Shown here: piece by piece, positions 7,661-13,319 of the stretch
Position numbering within the stretch: position 1 is the first letter of the stretch
Layout: the number at the start of each line of letters is the position of its first letter
NCBI GenBank assembly: GCA_044236265.1
Contig: JBIIGV010000078.1
Coordinates: forward strand, 1-13,319
Source: Oligoflexales bacterium
GTDB lineage: Bacteria > Bdellovibrionota_B > Oligoflexia > Oligoflexales > RGVZ01
DNA: 13,319 bases
Direction of reading: 5' to 3'
The notes under the pieces: generated by a model
Seen by the model: only the letters and a program-made list of their open reading frames with translations
Databases searched by the model: none
What the model was told of the DNA's origin: nothing
Translations under genes and position numbers: made by a program

Positions 7661-8686
7661 ATGTCTACGAATGCCGACGTCATTATATTGTTTGGTGGTA
7701 CCAGTAGCGAGCGGAAGGTATCGGTTGCGTCCGCTCAGCATTTAACAAGTATTCTACCGGATGCTTTGCTGTGGTTCTGGAACGCCAGAGGTGCGGTGCT
7801 CTCTGTCAATCCCGATGAACTTGCGGCCCACCAAAATGCTTACACGACTGAATTTTCCCCAAAGAGTGGTTCCCAAGTTGCAGCGACCATTGAGGATGCT
7901 CTGGAACAAGTTGGCTCACGAGTCCTGTATCTAGGACTGCACGGTGGTGATGGTGAAAACGGTTGGCTCCAGGAAAAGTTAGAATCTCTTCGCATTGCCT
8001 TTACGGGGTCGTCCGCTGCCTCAAGTGCTCTAGCGATGAATAAATCTAAAGCCAAAGACGCAGTCAAAACCCGCGGGGTCCTTTGTGCTGCTCAATATCT
8101 TTTTACTATAGACCAGACAGACGCGTTAAAAGGATTGCTGGGTTTCCAATCAAAGATGACTCAAATTGTTATCAAACCCGCATGTGATGGCTCGAGTGCT
8201 GGTCTTTCATTTATAAAGTCTCAGTCTGAATGTGAGACATGGTTTCAGATCAACAAATCGTCCCGTGACCTTTGGTTGGCGGAAGAAAGGCTGATAGGCC
8301 GCGAGCTCACCGTTGGTGTGATTATGCACGGTAACTGTTTGACGGTGTTGCCACCGTCGGAAGTAATTTTGGACCGTGATGCTCATTTTGATTATCAGGG
8401 AAAGTATTTGGGTGTGGGTAATCGAGAAGTGACACCAGCAGAAGTCACTGTTTATGAAGCTTCGGCAGCGCAAGCTCTTTCCTTGTTGGCTCATTCAGCA
8501 TTGGGATGTTTTGGATACACAAGAACCGATATGATTTTGACGCAAAAAGGCCTCTATTACTTGGAAACCAACACGCTGCCAGGCATGACGAAGGCGAGCT
8601 TCATTCCTCAGCAACTCAGAGCTGCGGGAATAAGTCTTGAATCGTTTGTTCGAGGCCAAGTTGCATTGGCGCGACTACGGTACTAA
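7661..8686 (+). CDS. ddl: D-alanine--D-alanine ligase
   Basis: LFGGTSSERKVS, LHGGDGENG, IKPACDGSSAG, GRELTVGV, omega loop FDYQGKY, RTDM, ETNTLPGMTKASFIP; SD GAGGG. Confidence 0.92.
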   Translation: MSTNADVIILFGGTSSERKVSVASAQHLTSILPDALLWFWNARGAVLSVNPDELAAHQNAYTTEFSPKSGSQVAATIEDALEQVGSRVLYLGLHGGDGENGWLQEKLESLRIAFTGSSAASSALAMNKSKAKDAVKTRGVLCAAQYLFTIDQTDALKGLLGFQSKMTQIVIKPACDGSSAGLSFIKSQSECETWFQINKSSRDLWLAEERLIGRELTVGVIMHGNCLTVLPPSEVILDRDAHFDYQGKYLGVGNREVTPAEVTVYEASAAQALSLLAHSALGCFGYTRTDMILTQKGLYYLETNTLPGMTKASFIPQQLRAAGISLESFVRGQVALARLRY

Positions 8687-8690
8687 ATTT

Positions 8691-9770
8691 TCAAATGGAT
8701 GAAGCTTTGACTTCCGTCCACAGGCGGTCGTATTTGGCCGTGTGTGGTCCAAGGTCGAGTAGCATTTCGCCGCGTTTTTCAATGATATCAAACTGGCTAA
8801 TGGATGGCTGCTTTTGCATGAACTCAGGAAGTTTTGCCTTGGCGTTGATAATAACTGGGGCGGCGAGCAATTCTTGGGCGAACTGCAAATTAATATCTTC
8901 TCGAAGCAGGAAATTTATCAATTTTAGGACATTTGCTTTTCTGGTCGAGGTCCTCGGGATTGCCATGTTGTCGATCGCCATCGTAAACCCTTCATCCGGG
9001 ATGACAAACTCAAATTCAGGATTAGTTTGAATCAGGCGAAGGGCCTCATTTGAATAAATTTGGGCCGCCAACAGATCTCCATGCCGGAGCATGGATACGG
9101 GGCTTGATGTAAATTCTCTGATACTACGCTTTAGGTTAATTAATTTGATTTTGGCGGTCTCGAGTTTTTCAATGTCTGTGGTATTAACAGATTGCCCAAA
9201 GGACTTGAGGATCGAGCCGACGACCTCGCGACTATCATCCAAAAGACTGATTCGGTGACGAAGATTATCTCTTGTAAAAAGATCCAAGTAGCCGGTGATA
9301 GCAGGAGATACTTTGTTTTTATTGTAGATGAGTCCTGCGAGAGACCATGAGTAGGGAATTGATACAGAATTTTTAGGGTCATAGTCCCGATTCAGCAGTC
9401 GAGGGTCGATGTTTTTGAGGTTGGGAATCTTGGTGTGGTCAAGAGGCTCTAGCAAATCTAGCTCTTTCATGACCCGCACCATGTAGTCCGACGGTATGAT
9501 CAGATCGTAGCCGCTCGCCCCCGCCTGAAGTTTGGCAAGTAGCTCTTCATTTGATGAAAAATTCGACTCAACGATTTGGATCCCGGTTTGCTGTTCAAAG
9601 GCAGCAAAAATTGACTCAGAGGTGTAATCCCCCCAAATAAAAAGATTTATTCGATGGTCTCCAGGTTCTTGGGTGTCGGTTGTGGTCGTGCCCTGAGAGC
9701 ATCCTCGACTGAGACAGGAGCAGAGGGCCAAAGACAAGAAGATTAAAAGAGGGTGAAGATTTCGGGGCAT
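8691..9770 (-). CDS. potD: Polyamine ABC transporter substrate-binding lipoprotein (PotD/PotF family)
   Basis: WGDY, FSSNEELLAKL, GYDLIIPSDYMV, SIPYSW, LLDDSRE, IDNMAIP; N-terminal hydrophobic segment with Cys (lipoprotein); adjacent to potABC. Confidence 0.88.
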   Translation of the reverse strand: MPRNLHPLLIFLSLALCSCLSRGCSQGTTTTDTQEPGDHRINLFIWGDYTSESIFAAFEQQTGIQIVESNFSSNEELLAKLQAGASGYDLIIPSDYMVRVMKELDLLEPLDHTKIPNLKNIDPRLLNRDYDPKNSVSIPYSWSLAGLIYNKNKVSPAITGYLDLFTRDNLRHRISLLDDSREVVGSILKSFGQSVNTTDIEKLETAKIKLINLKRSIREFTSSPVSMLRHGDLLAAQIYSNEALRLIQTNPEFEFVIPDEGFTMAIDNMAIPRTSTRKANVLKLINFLLREDINLQFAQELLAAPVIINAKAKLPEFMQKQPSISQFDIIEKRGEMLLDLGPHTAKYDRLWTEVKASSI

Positions 9771-9843
9771 GATTTGTTGAGTGTTTCGGGAGTGAAAATC
9801 TGATTATATAGGATGATCAGTAAATTTTAAAAAGATCTTTTAG

Positions 9844-10851
9844 ATGCTTGAGATCCAATCTGTCCACAAATCTTTTCAAGATGTCTCGATTCTGAGTGAT
9901 ATTTCGCTCAGCGTGCGCCAAGGGGATTTTTTTTCTATCGTGGGACCTAGTGGGTGTGGCAAATCCACGCTGCTTCGGATCATCGCAGGTTTAGAGTCCT
10001 CAGATGAGGGGTCTCTAAAGTGGTGCGGGCGCTCGATGTCAAATCAACCGGCTCACCGGCGTCCATTTAACATGGTATTTCAGCGCTACGCGCTTTTCCC
10101 ACACATGACGGTGGAAGAAAATGTCGGATTTGGTCCTTCAGTAAAGGGCTGGGCCCCATCTGATCTCAAAACAGCTGTCGACGATGCGTTGCATCTCGTT
10201 CAGATGGGCGATTATCGTCGCCGTCGTGTTGACACCCTAAGTGGCGGCCAACAACAGCGAGTGGCCTTGGCGCGCGCGATAGCCAACAAGCCTGAAGTCT
10301 TGTTGCTGGATGAGCCGATGTCAGCATTGGACCAAAAGCTTCGCGAATCGATGCGGATTGAACTTCTGCGCATACAGCGGCGTCTGGGCATCACCTTCAT
10401 CATGGTCACTCACGACCAAGAGGAAGCTCTGACGATGAGTGATCGGATTGCCATCCTCAGTCAGGGTCGCATCGAGCAATGTGGTACTCCCGAAGAGATT
10501 TATCGTAGTCCTAAGACGGAGTTTGTGGCTAATTTTGTGGGAGCCATCAATCATGTTCGCGTAGATGGCGGGGTGTTGTACTTAAGACCCGAAGACCTCG
10601 AATTGTCACGCTCAGGTTTTGATCATGATGAAGGTTTTCATCAAGGTTTGACTGGCACGGTTCGGGAAATTCTGTTCAAGGGCGCTGTGACAGATTTTGC
10701 AATTGATATTCCGACGCAGAACGGGTCGGGTCGACCGCTCATGGTTCAAAAACCCTCCTCCATTCGTCATGAGCTCGTAGTCGGCGATCCAGTTTTCGTG
10801 CGCTGGCGGAGGGGGGCAGAATTAAAGCTACAAGGTGAACTCCATGGGTAG
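9844..10851 (+). CDS. potA: Polyamine ABC transporter ATP-binding subunit
   Basis: Walker A GPSGCGKST, VFQRYALFPHMTV, signature LSGGQQQRVALARA, Walker B LLLDEP, VTHDQEEALTMSDR, C-terminal TOBE-like tail. Confidence 0.9.
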   Translation: MLEIQSVHKSFQDVSILSDISLSVRQGDFFSIVGPSGCGKSTLLRIIAGLESSDEGSLKWCGRSMSNQPAHRRPFNMVFQRYALFPHMTVEENVGFGPSVKGWAPSDLKTAVDDALHLVQMGDYRRRRVDTLSGGQQQRVALARAIANKPEVLLLDEPMSALDQKLRESMRIELLRIQRRLGITFIMVTHDQEEALTMSDRIAILSQGRIEQCGTPEEIYRSPKTEFVANFVGAINHVRVDGGVLYLRPEDLELSRSGFDHDEGFHQGLTGTVREILFKGAVTDFAIDIPTQNGSGRPLMVQKPSSIRHELVVGDPVFVRWRRGAELKLQGELHG

Positions 10852-11716
10852 TCGGGTGCAGTCTAAGTCCTATGCGGTGGGCCTTGGTGCTGCGCCGTAC
10901 ATGGCATGGATGCTGTTTTTTCTTCTGGGGCCTCTCGTCTTTGTATTGATGGTCAGCTTTCAGCAAAAAGGACTATGGGGTGGATTTGAGTTTACTTGGA
11001 CGCTGGATAACTATCGGCGCGTAGTTGACGGCCTCTATCTTAAAGTGCTTGCCTCCTCAGTTTATTTGGCTCTCATGACAACGTTCTCTTGTTTAATGGT
11101 GGGTTATCCCATGGCTTGGTTTATCGCTAGGCAGTCGCCATCGATGCGGAAAGCACTTCTCATTCTTGTCATGCTGCCTTTTATGAGCAATTTTGTCGTG
11201 CGAGCCTACGCGGTTAAGTTTTTGCTTGGAGTTGAAGGCCCTCTCAATCATTTTTTGATGTACATTGGAGCCATCCGAGACCCTTTCCTCATGGCAGATC
11301 CTACTTTGGCGATTTGGTTTGGTATGGTGACCAACTATCTTCCATTTATGGTGCTTCCTCTTTATGTGGTGTTTGAGCGCTTTGATGTGTCAATTCTTGA
11401 AGCCGCTCGAGATCTGGGTGCTGGTTCTTGGAGAATATGGTGGCGAGTTCTGTTGCCGTTGACGACGCCGGTGATTTTAGCGGGAAGCACTTTGGTTTTC
11501 ATTCCTGCTCTGGGTGAGTTTGTAATTCCGGATCTGATGGGAGGAGGCAGAACGATGTTCGTCGGTAATCTCCTGGCAGATCAGTTTTTGAAAGCCCGGG
11601 ATTGGCCATTTGGTGCTTCCATATGTGTTAGCGCAGTCAGTGTTGTTGCGCTATTTGTGGTCATGGTGAAGCTACTGACTAATCATGCGGTGAATGCTGG
11701 TGAGGACTTTAAATGA
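10844..11716 (+). CDS. potB: Polyamine ABC transporter permease
   Basis: TLDNY, GYPMAW, VVRAYA, YLPFMVLPLY, EAA loop EAARDLGA, GEFVIPDLMGG, QFLKARDWPFGA. ATG 10844 (SD AAGGTGA, 8-bp overlap with potA) is preferred over GTG 10835. Confidence 0.9.
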   Translation: MGSRVQSKSYAVGLGAAPYMAWMLFFLLGPLVFVLMVSFQQKGLWGGFEFTWTLDNYRRVVDGLYLKVLASSVYLALMTTFSCLMVGYPMAWFIARQSPSMRKALLILVMLPFMSNFVVRAYAVKFLLGVEGPLNHFLMYIGAIRDPFLMADPTLAIWFGMVTNYLPFMVLPLYVVFERFDVSILEAARDLGAGSWRIWWRVLLPLTTPVILAGSTLVFIPALGEFVIPDLMGGGRTMFVGNLLADQFLKARDWPFGASICVSAVSVVALFVVMVKLLTNHAVNAGEDFK

Positions 11717-12495
11717 TTCGCCCATCAGCAGGCCGATACCTGCCTCGTATTATGTTTCTAACGGGACTTGGACTTCTCTATATTCCTATCCTAACTCTCG
11801 TCATTTATTCATTTGTTGATTTTAACACAGGTGAGGCACCGCGACTGTCAGCGTACCGAGACCTTCTCAGGCATTCTGATCTTATCGAGGCATTGTTTAC
11901 ATCGATTTATATCGGCGCTATATCGGCAACGATCTCGACGATTCTTGGTGGTGTCGCAGCGTTTGCCTTTGAGCGGGGGCAGACGTGGGTCAAAGGTTTA
12001 TTCGACTCGTTATCATTGGCTCCGATGGTTTTGCCGGAGGTTGTATTTGGCTTGGGATTATTAATCTGGTTTGTTTTCTTGCGGATCAGTTTGGGGCATG
12101 TGTCACTTATTTTGGCTCATGTGACATTCTCCGCGTCTTATGTGGCGGTTACTGTTCGGGGCCGAGTTAGATCCTTGGACCAGGCCATTGATGATGCGGC
12201 GAGGGATTTGGGCGCAAGTCCCTGGCAATTGCTGACGAAAGTTCAAATTCCGCTCTTGGCACCCGCTCTTATTGCCGGTTGGATGATGGCTTTTACATTA
12301 TCGTTTGATGATTTTTTGATATCATTTTTCACAAGTGGACCGGATACCGTGACCTTGCCCATGGCTCTCTATTCCGTCATTCGGTTTGGGGTGTCTCCGG
12401 AGATTTTTGCGATGGCAACAGTTATTTTCGCTGTGAGTTTCTGCAGCGCACTCCTTGTGACGAAACTGACCGGTGGCAAAAGCTTTGCGCACTGA
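11713..12495 (+). CDS. potC: Polyamine ABC transporter permease
   Basis: LYIPILTLVIYSF, PEVVFG, AHVTF, DAARDLGA, AFTLSFDDFLISFF, TLPMALYSVIRFGVSPEI; ATGA overlap with potB. Confidence 0.9.
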   Translation: MIRPSAGRYLPRIMFLTGLGLLYIPILTLVIYSFVDFNTGEAPRLSAYRDLLRHSDLIEALFTSIYIGAISATISTILGGVAAFAFERGQTWVKGLFDSLSLAPMVLPEVVFGLGLLIWFVFLRISLGHVSLILAHVTFSASYVAVTVRGRVRSLDQAIDDAARDLGASPWQLLTKVQIPLLAPALIAGWMMAFTLSFDDFLISFFTSGPDTVTLPMALYSVIRFGVSPEIFAMATVIFAVSFCSALLVTKLTGGKSFAH

Positions 12496-12525
12496 ATGAG
12501 TGATTGTAAAAGGTGACTGTGAAAA

Positions 12526-13319
12526 ATGGATCAATCAGATAAATTGAAATCTTTTGATTACTCGCGACGAGACATAGTACGTCAAGCGATGTTTGGGGCA
12601 TCTTTGGGTGCGTTAGGGTGGCTAACGAGTTGTTTTAAGCCATCCGGCGAAAAAACAGGAGCCGGCCTAAGAGACAATACGCAAGCTCCGTTGCAAGCGT
12701 CACGTCACCAAATCAAATCTGGGACCCAACAAGGTCCGACGACGCCAGAGATGCTTCGCTATTTTAGTCGGTGCGGTGTCACTCACATATGTGGCACCCC
12801 GACCGACGAGGGTAACAAGGGATTCTATGACATTGCAGATTTAAGGCGTCTAAAATCCATGTGTGAGGCGGAGGGAATTGTTTTAGCGATGATCCCTTTG
12901 CCCTTTCTCACGTCTAGTCATGTAGATCGCGAAAAGCGCGCAGCCATTGTTCTTGGCCAATCTCCGGAGCGTGACAAAGACGTGGCAGATATTGTTCGCA
13001 CGATGGAAGCTTGCGCTGAAGTTGGAATACCTGCAGTGAAATACAATTTAAGTTTACTCGGGGTGATGCGTACTGGCACGACAACTGGTCGCGGAGGCGC
13101 AGAATACAGTACGTATCGCCTACAGGAGCGAAAAAATCCTACGGAGTTAACGCGAGCGGGCGCTGTTTCGGAAAGCGATTTCTGGCAGCGTATTTCCTGG
13201 TTTTTGTCAAAAGTCATTCCAGAGGCTGAACGTCTGAAAATTCGCATGGCATGCCATCCTCAGGACCCGGGAACTCCGCCGGGTGGACTTCATGGAGTCG
13301 TTAATGTTATGGGTACTCC
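12526..13319 (+). CDS. uxuA: Mannonate dehydratase (UxuA) family protein with Tat/lipoprotein signal; 3' truncated by the window edge
   Basis: Not in the ORF track because it has no stop in the window. Translated by hand, open for 264 codons: MDQSDKLKSFDYSRRDIVRQAMFGASLGALGWLTSC...IVLGQSPERDKDV...GIPAVKYNL...GRGGAEYS...FWQRISWFLSKVIPEAERLKIRMACHPQDP, matching UxuA motifs (GI..V.YN, RGGA, FL..VIP.AE, MA.HP.DP). SD AAAGGTGA; an in-frame TGA at 12520 fixes the start. Confidence 0.82.
   Translation, partial: MDQSDKLKSFDYSRRDIVRQAMFGASLGALGWLTSCFKPSGEKTGAGLRDNTQAPLQASRHQIKSGTQQGPTTPEMLRYFSRCGVTHICGTPTDEGNKGFYDIADLRRLKSMCEAEGIVLAMIPLPFLTSSHVDREKRAAIVLGQSPERDKDVADIVRTMEACAEVGIPAVKYNLSLLGVMRTGTTTGRGGAEYSTYRLQERKNPTELTRAGAVSESDFWQRISWFLSKVIPEAERLKIRMACHPQDPGTPPGGLHGVVNVMGT

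Noticed and set aside
7661..8686. Van-type D-Ala-D-Lac/D-Ser ligase
   Set aside because: The omega loop retains Tyr (DYQGKY) as in D-Ala-D-Ala ligases, and no van genes are nearby.
3083..12495. Pathway linking the Lys/Arg-releasing carboxypeptidase to polyamine uptake
   Set aside because: The genes are separated by unrelated transcription units and no decarboxylase is present; unsupported.
444..12534. Other short ORFs nested in or antisense to the called genes (e.g. 1807..2052, 3097..3474, 4958..5239, 8695..9030)
   Set aside because: Largely or fully overlap well-supported genes and show no independent coding evidence.
12918..13247. 109-aa minus-strand ORF in the track
   Set aside because: Antisense shadow of the UxuA-family gene on the plus strand.

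Overview
A gene-dense, apparently chromosomal bacterial segment with no recognisable mobile element, CRISPR array or RNA gene. Gene order: YkgJ-type Cys-cluster protein coupled to hemW; three predicted exported proteins (a 4-Cys hypothetical, a DUF4360-like protein and an M14B/CPD-like zinc carboxypeptidase); short-form pta; a pseudo-receiver/degenerate-GGDEF/EAL c-di-GMP phosphodiesterase; ddl; potD transcribed divergently from potABC; and a UxuA (mannonate dehydratase)-family gene from 12526 that runs off the right edge and is missing from the ORF track. Gene style loosely suggests Bdellovibrionota/Oligoflexia or a related lineage, but that is inference only. I see no clear-cut new multi-gene system. 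The best leads are (i) a Tat/lipoprotein signal on the normally cytoplasmic UxuA-family enzyme, 30 bp after a Pot transporter whose binding protein seems to lack two aromatic polyamine contacts, (ii) the eukaryote-like M14B carboxypeptidase, and (iii) the I-site-retaining phosphodiesterase with a candidate sigma28 promoter. All family calls are motif recognition from memory; no database searches were run.
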